A stretch of 61,676 nt of DNA from positions 1 through 61,676 of the forward strand of contig DAOSZO010000005.1 in NCBI GenBank assembly GCA_035382085.1. Reading direction: 5' to 3'. The translations under genes were made by a program, and so were the position numbers. The notes under the pieces are model-generated. The model was given only the letters and a program-made list of their open reading frames with translations, did not search any database and was not told the DNA's origin. This stretch comes from Smithella sp. GTDB taxonomy: Bacteria; Desulfobacterota; Syntrophia; Syntrophales; Smithellaceae. Shown one piece after another: positions 1 through 10,162 of the stretch (positions are counted from its first letter, which is position 1; each line of letters begins with the position of its first letter).

Positions 1-656
1 GCGGTTCCAGAACAATCGCCTACACCTATACCGAGCCCACCGTCTATTTTGAGCTGGCTTACGACACCGCAAAAATCGCTCAGGAACAGGGACTGAAGAA
101 TGTTTTCGTCACCAACGGCTTTATGACGCCGCGGGCCGTTGAGACCATATCGCCGTACCTGGCCGCCGCCAATGTCGATTTAAAATCATTTCGCGAAGAA
201 TTTTACAAAAAATATTGCGGAGCCAAACTTGAGCCGGTTTTAAACAGCCTGCGAATTCTGAAGGAAAAAGGCGTCTGGGTGGAGATTACCACCCTGTTGA
301 TTCCCACGTTGAATGACAGTGAGGAAGAGTTGAGAGACATTGCCCAATTTATTGCCGGACTGGGCGTTGAAACACCTTGGCACGTCAGTCGTTTTCACCC
401 CCAATACAAGATGCGCGACTTGCCGGTAACGCCCTTGGAGTCCCTGCGCAAAGCGGCGCGCATCGGCGGGGAGGCTGGCTTGAAATACGTCTACAGCGGG
501 AATGTTCCCGGCGACAAGGGCGAAAACACCTATTGTGCCCAGTGCAAAACCTTATTGATCGAACGTTACGGTTTCAGTGTGCTGGCCAACAACCTTGAAA
601 AAAACCGATGTCCGAAATGCAAAACGCCGCTGGACGGAGTTTTTGACACCGTCTAA
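1..656 (+). CDS. AmmeMemoRadiSam-type radical SAM enzyme (PFL-activase-like), 5' end outside the window
   Basis: Frame is open from nt 3 (GSRTIAYTYTEPTVYFELAYDTAK...NVFVTNGFMT) into ORF 123..656. It has the YTYTEP and TNG motifs, WHVSRFHP, YVYSGN and a C-terminal CxxC...CxxC (TYCAQC, CPKC). Confidence 0.85.
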   Translation, partial: GSRTIAYTYTEPTVYFELAYDTAKIAQEQGLKNVFVTNGFMTPRAVETISPYLAAANVDLKSFREEFYKKYCGAKLEPVLNSLRILKEKGVWVEITTLLIPTLNDSEEELRDIAQFIAGLGVETPWHVSRFHPQYKMRDLPVTPLESLRKAARIGGEAGLKYVYSGNVPGDKGENTYCAQCKTLLIERYGFSVLANNLEKNRCPKCKTPLDGVFDTV

Positions 657-746
657 TCGTTATTATATTTCGACCGGCACCCTACGCGAGAGTGAGATCC
701 CGAAAAAAACGCCCAACGGTACTGACAAAGCCCTTCAGAGGACACG

Positions 747-1370
747 ATGAAAAAAGCATTGAGGTTGATTCGTTCGAAAATTTGCCCGCTGTGCGTCATC
801 TTGTGTTTGCCATTGTTTCCCGCGACGATCAGTGCGGCAACTTTTTATCACTGCTTGGACGCCAACGGCAATGAAGCATTGGTGGATTTTCCCGTTGAGG
901 GTTTGAACTGCAAGACAATGGAAACTCACGACGAAGAGCGATCGGATGCCGGCACGCGCGGGGCCGACGCCACGCCGGGAGATAAAATCACTAAAATGAC
1001 GGTCAAGGGGAAGCAGGTTTTTGTGCCCGTGAAGCTTGCTTATGGAGGCAAAGAAATCGAAGTGAACCTGCTTTTGGATACCGGCGCCACCGCCACCACC
1101 ATTCATCCCCATATAGCCGATCGTTTTTACATTCATCTCTACAAAACGCAGAAAGTAAAAGCGCAGGTGGTTGGAGGCAATGTTCTTGAGGCAAGTGTCG
1201 TTCAAATGGATTATCTAAAGATCGGGCCGCACACCGTCAGTCCTTGCAACATTTACGTCGTTCCGAATGAGGGGAATACACTTCAGTTTGACGGACTGCT
1301 GGGCATGGATGTGTTGGGAGGCTTCAGTTACAGGATCGATTTGAAAAAGCAGGTCATCATTTGGGAATAG
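747..1370 (+). CDS. Exported retropepsin-like (clan AA) aspartyl protease with a short N-terminal DUF4124-like segment
   Basis: LLDTGAT catalytic motif and C-terminal GLLGMDVL. N-terminal signal-like hydrophobic stretch followed by FYHCLDANGN. Confidence 0.8.
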   Translation: MKKALRLIRSKICPLCVILCLPLFPATISAATFYHCLDANGNEALVDFPVEGLNCKTMETHDEERSDAGTRGADATPGDKITKMTVKGKQVFVPVKLAYGGKEIEVNLLLDTGATATTIHPHIADRFYIHLYKTQKVKAQVVGGNVLEASVVQMDYLKIGPHTVSPCNIYVVPNEGNTLQFDGLLGMDVLGGFSYRIDLKKQVIIWE

Positions 1371-1488
1371 TCATGCAGGATCATGAAAACGGTTTCCGAT
1401 CACCCCCAACTTCCTCGAAAATCAAAAATCGAAAAGAAGAGGGTTGCTGTTCGATGACAATGAACCATTCCTTGAAAAGGAGATGAAA

Positions 1489-2631
1489 ATGGATTTTGAA
1501 CTATCCAATGAAATGAAAATGTTGGCCGACATGGCTTACAAGTTTGCTCTTCAGGAAGTTGACCCTGTGGCCAGGAAGGCGGCCGAAGAAGAAAGGTACA
1601 CGCCGGAAATCCGGAAAAAGGCCGGAGCGCAGGGGTTGATCGGCTGCTGGATTCCCGAGGAATTCGGCGGCAGTGGCGCGGGTTTTCTGGGCAATACGAT
1701 TATCACGGAGCAGATTGGCCGTGTGTGCATCGGCATCGGCCTAAATATCACGGCGGCCACCTTCGGATGCGAAACCCTTTACTACTATGGGACACGGGAA
1801 CAAAAGCAAAAATATTTTCCCCCGATATGCGCCGGTGAAACGGTATGTGCCGGGGCATTCACGGAGCCGAACGCCGGTACGGATGTGGCCGGCTACAAGA
1901 CCAGAGCCGTCGAGGACGGCGGCGATTTTGTCATTACCGGCAATAAAATGTTTATTACCAATGGCACCGTTTGCGACTGGATGGTGGTGCAGGCTATTAC
2001 CGATCCGGATCAGAAAGCGCATAAAAGCTTCAGCCAGTTCATTGTTCCTTCTGACGCGAAGGGCGTCACCCGAACAAAAATCAAGGGCAAGATGGGCATT
2101 AGAGCCAGCGACACGGCGGAAATCGCCTTTGACGAAGTGAGAGTCCCCAAGGAAAACATCATCGGCAAGAGAGGTCATGGCTTTTACCAGTTGATGCACT
2201 TTTTCGACACCACGCGGGTGATGGTCGCGGCGCAGGGGTTGGGTCTCGCGCAGGCGTGTCTCGAAGAGTCGGTCAAATACTGCAAGGAGCGGACGGCTTT
2301 TGGCAAGCCTCTCGGTTCTTTTCAGATGACCATGCAGAAACTCACCGAGATGTGGATTAGGGTAGAAGCGCTGCGCAACATGACCTACAAGGCCGCGTGG
2401 TTGCTGGATTGCGGCAGGCCCGATTATCATCTTTCGGCTATGGCCAAGTATCTGGCCGGCCAAACGGCCGTTTTCTGCGCCAATCTGGCGGTGGAGCTCC
2501 ACGGCGGTTATGGATACCTTGATGAGTATAAGGTGCAGAAATATTACCGCGATGCCAAAATTCTTGAACTTTACGAGGGAACCAAGGAAGCGGAAATCAT
2601 GACGTTGGGGAGAATCCTCCTGTCTCGGTAG
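1489..2631 (+). CDS. Acyl-CoA dehydrogenase
   Basis: FTEPNAGTD, GNKMFITNG, KMGIRASDT and KILELYEGT motifs. Start chosen at the ATG downstream of the AAGGAG RBS (about 1477). Confidence 0.95.
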   Translation: MDFELSNEMKMLADMAYKFALQEVDPVARKAAEEERYTPEIRKKAGAQGLIGCWIPEEFGGSGAGFLGNTIITEQIGRVCIGIGLNITAATFGCETLYYYGTREQKQKYFPPICAGETVCAGAFTEPNAGTDVAGYKTRAVEDGGDFVITGNKMFITNGTVCDWMVVQAITDPDQKAHKSFSQFIVPSDAKGVTRTKIKGKMGIRASDTAEIAFDEVRVPKENIIGKRGHGFYQLMHFFDTTRVMVAAQGLGLAQACLEESVKYCKERTAFGKPLGSFQMTMQKLTEMWIRVEALRNMTYKAAWLLDCGRPDYHLSAMAKYLAGQTAVFCANLAVELHGGYGYLDEYKVQKYYRDAKILELYEGTKEAEIMTLGRILLSR

Positions 2632-2798
2632 CGCCAAGAAGAGACGCGTCATTATTTTCCTCGTAGGATTTTATGACATTGCGGAATACTTCTGACCAGA
2701 CGTGTCCAGGATGTTCCGCAATGAACGAACGTTTTTTATGATTCCGGGGTTCAGGGCATCTTGTTTTAAAATTATCATGATTGCTGAAGGAGGTCTAC

Positions 2799-4730
2799 AT
2801 GCAGTTTCCCCATCTTTTTTCCGAAATCGCCATCAATGGCATGACCTTGAAAAACAGGGCGGTCATGCCGCCGATGGGCACCGGCTACGGCAACGCCGAC
2901 GGCACGGTGACGGATCGGCTGGTGGCTTATCTCGCGCGGCGGGCGCAGGGCGGGACCGGCCTGATCATTACCGAAATTTGTGCGGTTGATCCGCGGGGCA
3001 GGGGGCTGCCCACGCAGATCGGCATCTGGAAGGATGATTTTATCGCGGGTCTGGCGTGCATCCCCCGGGAACTGCACCGCTACGGGGCGAAAGTCGCCCT
3101 GCAGCTGCATCACGCGGGGCGGGAGACTTTTGAAGCGGTGATCGGCATGAAACCGGAAGCTCCTTCGGCGATTCCCAGCGCCGTTTTGGGTCAGTCCTGC
3201 GAGGCCATGTCGCCGGAGCGCATCGCGGAAATGGTCGAACGTTTCGCTCAGGCCGCCCGGCGCGCCCGCGAGGCGGGGTTTGACGGAGTGGAGCTGCACG
3301 GCGCACACGGCTATTTGTTGAATCAGTTTCTCTCGCCTTTTTCCAATCACCGCGACGATGCCTATGGCGGAAGTGAGGAGAACCGCAAGCGCTTCGTTCT
3401 GGAAACGATTCGGGCGGTGCGCAAAAGTGTGGGCGGGGATTATCCGGTATGGATTCGCGTCTCGGCCGACGAGATGATCCGCGGCGGATATGACTTGTCT
3501 TTCATGCGGCGGTTCGCGCCCCAGATGGTGGAGGCGGGGGTGGATGCCATTCACTGCTCGGTGGGCGTTTATTCCACGCCCGGCAACCTGTCGGTGGCTT
3601 CCATGGACACCGAGTCGGGGTTCAATCTTTTCCGCGCCCGCGCCATCAAAGAAGTCGTGACGGTTCCGGTGATCGGCGTGGGAAGAATCCATCGCCCGCA
3701 GGTGGCGGACGAGGCGATCGCGCGGGGAGACGCGGATCTGATCAGCTTCGGCCGCCAGCATCTCACGGATCCTGATTTTATCAACAAGGCGCGTGAGGGG
3801 GCGCTGGAGGATATCCGGTGGTGCACGGCTTGCAATCAGGGCTGCATCGAACGGTTGAGCTTCGAGATGAAGTCCGCCACCTGCAGTTTCAATCCCGAAT
3901 GCGGCCGGGAATACACGCTGCCCCTATCGGGGGTTGATGCGCCCGGGCGCGTGTGGGTGATCGGCGCGGGACCGGCGGGGCTGTCCGCCGCCATGACCGC
4001 CGCCTCAAGAGGGCACAGGGTCGAGGTGTACGAAAGAGAAGCGCAGGCCGGCGGCCAGCTGATTCCGGCGAGCCGCCCGCCGCACAAGGCTGCTTTTGGT
4101 GATTGGGTGGGCTGGGCGTTGCGCCGGCTGGAAAAACTGTCCGTTCCCATCCACTTTCATTGCGACATCGGACTGGATGAAATCATCCGCCAAAAACCAG
4201 ACGCCGTGATTCTGGCTTGCGGCGCCTATCCGGCGACGCCGCCGATTCCCGGCCTGGATTCGGAAATAGTTGCCGACGCCCGCGAGGTGCTGATCGGCAA
4301 GGTTGAGCTCAAGAGCCCGGCCGTGATTCTGGGCGCCGGTTATGTGGGCATGGAAACGGCGGATTATCTTTTGAGCCAAGGTATCGAAGTGACCGTTTTG
4401 GAAATGCAGACCGCGCCGCCGGTGAACAGCCTGGCCGCCCATGGGTACTGGTTGCACAAACGGATCCGGAGAGGCGGCGGGAGGTTATTTTTCGGGGCGA
4501 AGGTCATCGGCGTGGAAAAGGGGCGGGTGATTTATTGCCTGCCGGAGGGTGAAAAAAAATCGGAACAGGCGTCCCTTGTGATTACGGCCATGGGGGCCAA
4601 ATCAGAAAACCAGATGGAAGAAGGCTTGAAAAAACTTCAGATTCCTTATCGGATCATCGGCGATGCCAGAAGTCCGCGGCGCATTCTTGAAGCGATTCAT
4701 GAAGGCTATAAAGCCGGAAGTGAAATTTAG
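2799..4730 (+). CDS. Old-yellow-enzyme-family NADH:flavin oxidoreductase with 4Fe-4S and FAD domains (2,4-dienoyl-CoA reductase/BaiCD-like)
   Basis: NRAVMPPM, QLHHAGR, ELHGAHGYLL, CTACNQGC cluster motif, GAGPAG and GAGYVG Rossmann motifs. RBS GAAGGAGG precedes ATG 2799. Confidence 0.9.
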   Translation: MQFPHLFSEIAINGMTLKNRAVMPPMGTGYGNADGTVTDRLVAYLARRAQGGTGLIITEICAVDPRGRGLPTQIGIWKDDFIAGLACIPRELHRYGAKVALQLHHAGRETFEAVIGMKPEAPSAIPSAVLGQSCEAMSPERIAEMVERFAQAARRAREAGFDGVELHGAHGYLLNQFLSPFSNHRDDAYGGSEENRKRFVLETIRAVRKSVGGDYPVWIRVSADEMIRGGYDLSFMRRFAPQMVEAGVDAIHCSVGVYSTPGNLSVASMDTESGFNLFRARAIKEVVTVPVIGVGRIHRPQVADEAIARGDADLISFGRQHLTDPDFINKAREGALEDIRWCTACNQGCIERLSFEMKSATCSFNPECGREYTLPLSGVDAPGRVWVIGAGPAGLSAAMTAASRGHRVEVYEREAQAGGQLIPASRPPHKAAFGDWVGWALRRLEKLSVPIHFHCDIGLDEIIRQKPDAVILACGAYPATPPIPGLDSEIVADAREVLIGKVELKSPAVILGAGYVGMETADYLLSQGIEVTVLEMQTAPPVNSLAAHGYWLHKRIRRGGGRLFFGAKVIGVEKGRVIYCLPEGEKKSEQASLVITAMGAKSENQMEEGLKKLQIPYRIIGDARSPRRILEAIHEGYKAGSEI

Positions 4731-4760
4731 GGGAGGATGCCTGCGCCGGGGAAAGCCGGA

Positions 4761-5657
4761 TCATGAATCACCCGCGAGGGATTCCTCCATCCATTTTTTG
4801 ATGCGGTTGGCATCTCCGTAACGCGTCATTTTGCCGTCGGCATCCAGAAGCACGATCAACACGGGACGTTGCGCCACTTTGGACTGCATGACCAGACATC
4901 GGCCCGCCTCATCAATGAAGCCGGTTTTTGACAGACCGATCTGCCATTGAGGATTCCTCACCAGATGATTGGTGTTGCAGAACTTAAGCGACCGCTTGCC
5001 GACGCGGATAAGATATTCTTTGCGGGTGGTGTAGTCTCGGATGAGTTCGTATTTATAGGCGGCATTCACCATGCGCGCCAGGTCGCGGGCGGAGGATACA
5101 TTTTCGCTGGAAAGACCGGTGGGATCAGCGAAACGGGTTTCATGAAGCCCCAGGGACTGCGCTTTGTCATTCATGGCACGGACAAAAGCCTTGAGGCCCT
5201 GCGGATACGTGCGCGCCAGGGCATGGGCGGCGCGGTTTTCGGAAGACATCAGGGCAAGCAACAGGGCGTCATTGCGGGACAGAGAAGTGTTGACCGGCAG
5301 CCGGGAGTGGCTGTGGCGGATTTTATCGACATCTTCCGCCGTGATGGTTATTTTTTCCTTCATATTCAGTCTGGCGTCCAGGATGATCATGGCGGTCATG
5401 AGTTTGGTGATGGACGCGATGGGCACAATCACGTCCGGATGTTTTTCAATCAGGTATTCTCCTGTTTGCTGATCTTCCACCAGAACCGAGGCGGAGCGCA
5501 ACGAGAGATTGGGGTAAGACGGTTCAATGCTCATCGTTGAAAAACGGTCGTCAAGGTTCTTGATGGAGGATGTGTCTGAATATTCGGCGATTCCCGGAAA
5601 AGCCAGGATAAATGACAAGAAAAGAATGGACAACGTTACGATATAGCGATGGTTCAT
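4761..5657 (-). CDS. pbpG: D-alanyl-D-alanine endopeptidase/carboxypeptidase (peptidase S11, PBP7-like)
   Basis: SITK (SxxK), SEN (SxN) and KTG motifs, plus a signal peptide. Confidence 0.88.
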   Translation of the reverse strand: MNHRYIVTLSILFLSFILAFPGIAEYSDTSSIKNLDDRFSTMSIEPSYPNLSLRSASVLVEDQQTGEYLIEKHPDVIVPIASITKLMTAMIILDARLNMKEKITITAEDVDKIRHSHSRLPVNTSLSRNDALLLALMSSENRAAHALARTYPQGLKAFVRAMNDKAQSLGLHETRFADPTGLSSENVSSARDLARMVNAAYKYELIRDYTTRKEYLIRVGKRSLKFCNTNHLVRNPQWQIGLSKTGFIDEAGRCLVMQSKVAQRPVLIVLLDADGKMTRYGDANRIKKWMEESLAGDS

Positions 5658-5835
5658 TTTCTCCCCGTTAATTTTTTACGGTTTTTCATATCATTTTTTA
5701 TTTTGCATTGCAATACCCTGAATCAAGAGAAGGGCCGGCCTTTGTAATAAAAAAGTTTTTTACATAAATGCTTGCCAACTTCATTTTTTTCTTTTAATAT
5801 AAAACCAAAAGAAAACGATAAGGAGGAATGGTCTT

Positions 5836-6279
5836 ATGGTGAGAATGAAAGATTTGTTGAACAGCAAATCCAAAGAGTTGTGGTCGATTCTGCCGGACGC
5901 CACGGTTTTTGAAGCCTTAAAGCTTATGGCGGAAAAGGAAATCGGGGCGTTGATGGTGATCGATAAAAAAGGGAAGGTATGGGGAATCATCACGGAGCGC
6001 GACTATGCGAGAAAAGTTATCCTGAAGGGAAAAACGTCACCCAAAACGCTTGTCAAAGAAATTATGACGCCTCTGGCGAAAATGTACAAGGTTAAACCCG
6101 ATACGACCCTGGAAGAATGTATGGTGCTGATGACGGGCAAGCATGTCCGTCACATCCCTGTTTTCGACCGCGCGAAGTTTGTCGGTCTGGTTTCCATTGG
6201 GGATGTTGTCAAGGCGACCATTTCTCAGAAGGACATGCTGATTAATCAATTGAGCAATTATATCGCGGGAAGGTATTAA
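5836..6279 (+). CDS. Tandem CBS-domain protein
   Basis: Two CBS repeats (GIITERD, VRHIPV, GLVSIGDVVK) and a strong AAGGAGG RBS. Confidence 0.9.
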   Translation: MVRMKDLLNSKSKELWSILPDATVFEALKLMAEKEIGALMVIDKKGKVWGIITERDYARKVILKGKTSPKTLVKEIMTPLAKMYKVKPDTTLEECMVLMTGKHVRHIPVFDRAKFVGLVSIGDVVKATISQKDMLINQLSNYIAGRY

Positions 6280-6309
6280 ACCGATTTTCTGATTTTAATA
6301 TACGTATTC

Positions 6310-6340
6310 GGCAGGGTCTTTCTGAGACCCTGCCTTTTTT
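6310..6340 (+). terminator. Intrinsic terminator after the CBS gene
   Basis: GGCAGGGTCT-ttctg-AGACCCTGCC perfect 10-bp stem followed by T6. Confidence 0.9.
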
Positions 6341-6426
6341 GATTTGTTCAAGGTATTTTCCGGCCGTTTTTTTCCGCAAATTTCATAAAAAAACGCAGGG
6401 ATTGGCAAAAAGCTATAAAAATCAAA

Positions 6427-6471
6427 ACACTACATATAGTGGTATGATTGGTAAAAAACCACATTTTGTTG
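6427..6471. promoter_or_regulatory. NrdR-box-like palindrome(s) in the smc promoter region
   Basis: ACACTACATATAGTGG (6427-6442) matches the acaCwAtATaTwGtg consensus. A weaker second copy AAACCACATTTTGTTG lies at 6456-6471, and an extended -10-like TGGTATGAT at 6440-6448. Confidence 0.5.
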
Positions 6472-6546
6472 TATTTTTTCTTTACAATGAAGAAATCTTT
6501 TGTTAGGATTTTTTCAAATCTTCCATTTATATAAAAAGCATTTTTT

Positions 6547-9500
6547 ATGAATTTAAAAAGATTAGAAATATCGGGTTTCAAGTCGTTTCGAGACAAGGTG
6601 ACCCTCGATTTTTCCAGAGGCATTACGGGAATCGTGGGCCCAAACGGTTGCGGAAAGTCCAACATCGTCGATGCCATTCGTTGGGTTATGGGGGAACAGA
6701 GGGTTAAGGCCTTGCGCGGGAAAAAAATGGATGATGTCGTCTTCAACGGCAGTCAGGATTCCGCGGCGGTCAGCATGGCGGAAGTGACCATGACGCTGGT
6801 GGCCAACGGCTACAAATTCCCCGGAAACTATTCTGACTTGAATGAGGTTTCTATTACGCGCCGCGTTGTGCTGGAAGGAGAGAGCGAATACTATATCAAC
6901 AAGGTGCCCTGCCGCCTGCTGGATGTTAAGGAATTTTTCATGGGCACGGGTGTCGGCGCCAGGACCTATTCTCTTATCGAGCAGGGACAGGTTGCCTCGC
7001 TTGTCGAAGCAAAACCGGAAGACCGGCGGCTATTTATCGAGGACGCGGCCGGTGTCTCCAAATATAAAAGCCGCAAGGAAGCCGCAGTGCGCAAAATGGA
7101 GGCGACCAAGCAGAATCTCTTAAGACTGAATGATATTGTCAAGGAAGTTAAGACGCAGCTCAACAACATTTCCCGACAGGCCAAGAGAGCCGAGCAGTTC
7201 AAGCAGATCAGTCAGCAAAGCAGAGAAGCGGAACTAACCCTCGCGCTGCAGAATTATGTTGATCTTTCCGAAAAGGAAATGGTGCTGGAAAAACAGCGCT
7301 TGGACTTGCAGGGCCAATCTTCCGTAATGCTGACGAATATCGAATCGAGAGAATCAATCGTCCAGGAAATGAAAACCAAACTCCTGGAACTTGAAGAGCA
7401 GATCGGTACCCGTCAGCATGAACTCTATGAGATCAAAAATGCCATCAGCCTTAAGGAAAAGAATATCGAGTTTGCCCATCATCAAATGGCGGCCGCCCAT
7501 GAACGCAAGCAGAAGAATTTTTCAGAAATTGAAATATGGCGCGTCAAGAAAAACGACCTCATGGCTGAAGTGGAAAATCTTGAAAAGATATTTGCCGAAA
7601 CGGAAAATAAAATTGCCGAGCTCCAAAAAGAGCGGGACGAACTTCAGCAACATCTTCAGAACCTCATTCGCGCAGACCAGGAAGTCGGCACTCAGCTGGA
7701 AGAAAAGAAGGTCGTTTTCATTGATTTGATGATGGAAAAAGCCAAGCTGAAGAATATGGTTGCCAGCCTGGAGAAAGATATTGAGGATTTGGACAAGCGC
7801 GAGGAGCGGGAAAACCGCGAACTGAACGAGGATAAACGACTCCTCTCTGATCTGCTGGCGAGGCAGGATTCGGTCAGCCAGCAGCTTCAACGGGACGACG
7901 AACAGATCAGAAGCCTTGAACAGCAGAAAGCGCAGGCGGAAGAGGACATCGAACGCTTTCAAGAGGAGTTGCGGATCAATGACGAACAGGTGTCCCAAAT
8001 CAAGGAAGCCATGCATGTTAAGTCTTCGCGTTTGGCGTCGTTGCGGGAATTCCAAGAGACGTATAAATGGTGCAACGAGAGCGTTCAGACGATTATTGCC
8101 AACGAAGAACACCGGGGAAAATTCTACGGTGTCGTGGCGGACCACATCAACGTTCCTCGTGAGTATGAGACAGCCGTGGAAGCTGTTTTGGGAGAAAAAC
8201 TTCAGTATGTGGTCGTCAAAAGCCAGGAAGACGGCGTGAGGGCCATTGATTATCTGAAGAGCAACCGGTTGGGCAGGAGCAGCTTCGTTTCCGTTGACTT
8301 GAGAAACTACTACGCCAAAACATACAGCGAGGAACACCTGATTGAGGCTGAGCCGCTGTTGGATAAGGTAAAAGTAAATGAAGATTACCGGCCGATCGTT
8401 GATTGCCTGCTGGGCGATGTTTTGCTGATCCCGAATATTGAAAACGGTATTTCGCTTTGGAAAAGAAACGGTTTCAGGGGAACTTTTGTGACGCCGGAGG
8501 GAGATATTATCAGTCCCAATGGGGTGCTGACCGGCGGCAGCAAAGCAGCGGCTGAAAAAAGTCTTTTGGCCATCAAAAGAGAAATCGGCGAATTGGAAGA
8601 AGAGGTTGCGCGGCTCAATGCGTCTTTGCGGGAAAGGACAAACCGGAGGTATGAACTGGTTCCGGCGATTGCCCGCGCGGAAGAGGAGGCGCAGAAATTG
8701 ACGGCGGATGTTCATTCCCTGGAAATTGCCGTAAGCATGAAGAAAAAAGATCTGGAAAGGTTTGCGGCGGAAATCGAAAGACTCCATCAGCGGATTTCTG
8801 TTCTGGAATATAACGGACAGAACCTCAAGCAAGAAAAATCGGAAGCCGAGGAAAAATTGCGGGTTTACAGTGCCGAAATTGTGCAGAAAGAAACGATGGA
8901 AGCGCTTATTAATGACAGCATCGCTGCTTTCAATGTCACGCGGGAACAGGCGCATGCGGACATTCTCAGGCAGGAGCATCTTTTGACGGATAAAAAGGTT
9001 ACGCTTGCCTCTCTGGAGGAGAAAAAAGAGGCGTATCGGCAGCGACTGGCAAGACTGGCGGATGATCTCGCATCCGCAGACCATGAAATGAAGGTCAAGG
9101 GAGAAGACATTATTTCCTGCGACCGGCAGATAGAGGAATTTCAAAGGTCCATTGAAAGCGAACAGTCCTCCTTGAAGGATCTTTACGAACATTTCGCAGT
9201 CCAGGAAAAATTGCTGCAGGATCATAAAGCGGAGCAAAATCGACAAGCGGTTCAGGTCCAATCCCAGGAAACGGAAATCAGGGAAGTGAAAAGCAAACTG
9301 GATGGGTTGCGGCAGCAGCTCAATGAAGTAGAGATGAGTTGCCGGGAGGTTGTTCTGAATAGAGAAAACCTCAAAAGAGCGATCGCCGAAAAATATCATG
9401 AGGTCGATCTCGCGGCCATGGTAACGGGCTTCGAGAGAATTGACGAAGAAAAACAAAGAGAACTGATTGAACGGCTGGAAAAGAACAAGCAAATTCTGGA

Positions 9501-10098
9501 GGCCTTCGGACAGGTGAATCTGCTCGCCCTGGATGAATACGAGGAACTGGAGAAACGTTACAATTTCCTGTCCGCGCAAATCACCGATCTCAACACTTCC
9601 CTGAATGTTCTGCAGAGGACCATTACCCGGATCAACAGAATTTCGCGCGCGCGCTTTGCGGAGACCTTCGAAGCCGTGAACCAGTGCTTCAAGGAAGTAT
9701 TTGCGCAGATTTTCCCGGGAGGCCGCGGAGAGTTGGTGCTCACCGATGAAAATGATCTGCTTGAAACCGGCGTGGATATTGACGTGCAGGTCCCGGGCAA
9801 GAGAAAACAGAATGTCAGCCTCTTGTCCGGGGGGGAGAAATCTCTGGTTGCGGTGGCGCTGATTTTTGCGATTTTGAAATATCGGCCGTCGCCTTTTCTG
9901 GTGCTCGATGAGGTGGATGCCGCGCTGGATGACGCCAACACCAATTTGTTCAACCGGCTCATTCGGGATGTGGCGCAGCAATCCCAGGTGGTGCTGATTA
10001 CCCATAACAAGAGCACCATGGAAGTAGCCGATACCCTCTTTGGCGTGACCATGCAGAAACAGGGCATTTCCACGCTTGTTTCCGTCAGTCTGAATTAA
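6547..10098 (+). CDS. smc: Chromosome segregation protein SMC
   Basis: Walker A GPNGCGKSN, long coiled coils, hinge, LSGGEK signature, LDEVDAALD Walker B/D-loop; 1183 aa. Confidence 0.98.
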   Translation: MNLKRLEISGFKSFRDKVTLDFSRGITGIVGPNGCGKSNIVDAIRWVMGEQRVKALRGKKMDDVVFNGSQDSAAVSMAEVTMTLVANGYKFPGNYSDLNEVSITRRVVLEGESEYYINKVPCRLLDVKEFFMGTGVGARTYSLIEQGQVASLVEAKPEDRRLFIEDAAGVSKYKSRKEAAVRKMEATKQNLLRLNDIVKEVKTQLNNISRQAKRAEQFKQISQQSREAELTLALQNYVDLSEKEMVLEKQRLDLQGQSSVMLTNIESRESIVQEMKTKLLELEEQIGTRQHELYEIKNAISLKEKNIEFAHHQMAAAHERKQKNFSEIEIWRVKKNDLMAEVENLEKIFAETENKIAELQKERDELQQHLQNLIRADQEVGTQLEEKKVVFIDLMMEKAKLKNMVASLEKDIEDLDKREERENRELNEDKRLLSDLLARQDSVSQQLQRDDEQIRSLEQQKAQAEEDIERFQEELRINDEQVSQIKEAMHVKSSRLASLREFQETYKWCNESVQTIIANEEHRGKFYGVVADHINVPREYETAVEAVLGEKLQYVVVKSQEDGVRAIDYLKSNRLGRSSFVSVDLRNYYAKTYSEEHLIEAEPLLDKVKVNEDYRPIVDCLLGDVLLIPNIENGISLWKRNGFRGTFVTPEGDIISPNGVLTGGSKAAAEKSLLAIKREIGELEEEVARLNASLRERTNRRYELVPAIARAEEEAQKLTADVHSLEIAVSMKKKDLERFAAEIERLHQRISVLEYNGQNLKQEKSEAEEKLRVYSAEIVQKETMEALINDSIAAFNVTREQAHADILRQEHLLTDKKVTLASLEEKKEAYRQRLARLADDLASADHEMKVKGEDIISCDRQIEEFQRSIESEQSSLKDLYEHFAVQEKLLQDHKAEQNRQAVQVQSQETEIREVKSKLDGLRQQLNEVEMSCREVVLNRENLKRAIAEKYHEVDLAAMVTGFERIDEEKQRELIERLEKNKQILEAFGQVNLLALDEYEELEKRYNFLSAQITDLNTSLNVLQRTITRINRISRARFAETFEAVNQCFKEVFAQIFPGGRGELVLTDENDLLETGVDIDVQVPGKRKQNVSLLSGGEKSLVAVALIFAILKYRPSPFLVLDEVDAALDDANTNLFNRLIRDVAQQSQVVLITHNKSTMEVADTLFGVTMQKQGISTLVSVSLN

Positions 10099-10162
10099 TC
10101 CATTTCTTTACTTCTTTTAGAAAAGCGGTTATGCATGATGGCAATGTTAAAAAGGTGTTCCC

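Noticed and set aside
7522-10005. Long antisense ORFs (827 aa opposite smc; likewise 23870..25561, 26133..27452, 47694..48998)
   Set aside because: They are shadow frames of well-conserved genes with no recognisable motifs, which is expected from codon bias in fairly GC-rich coding DNA.
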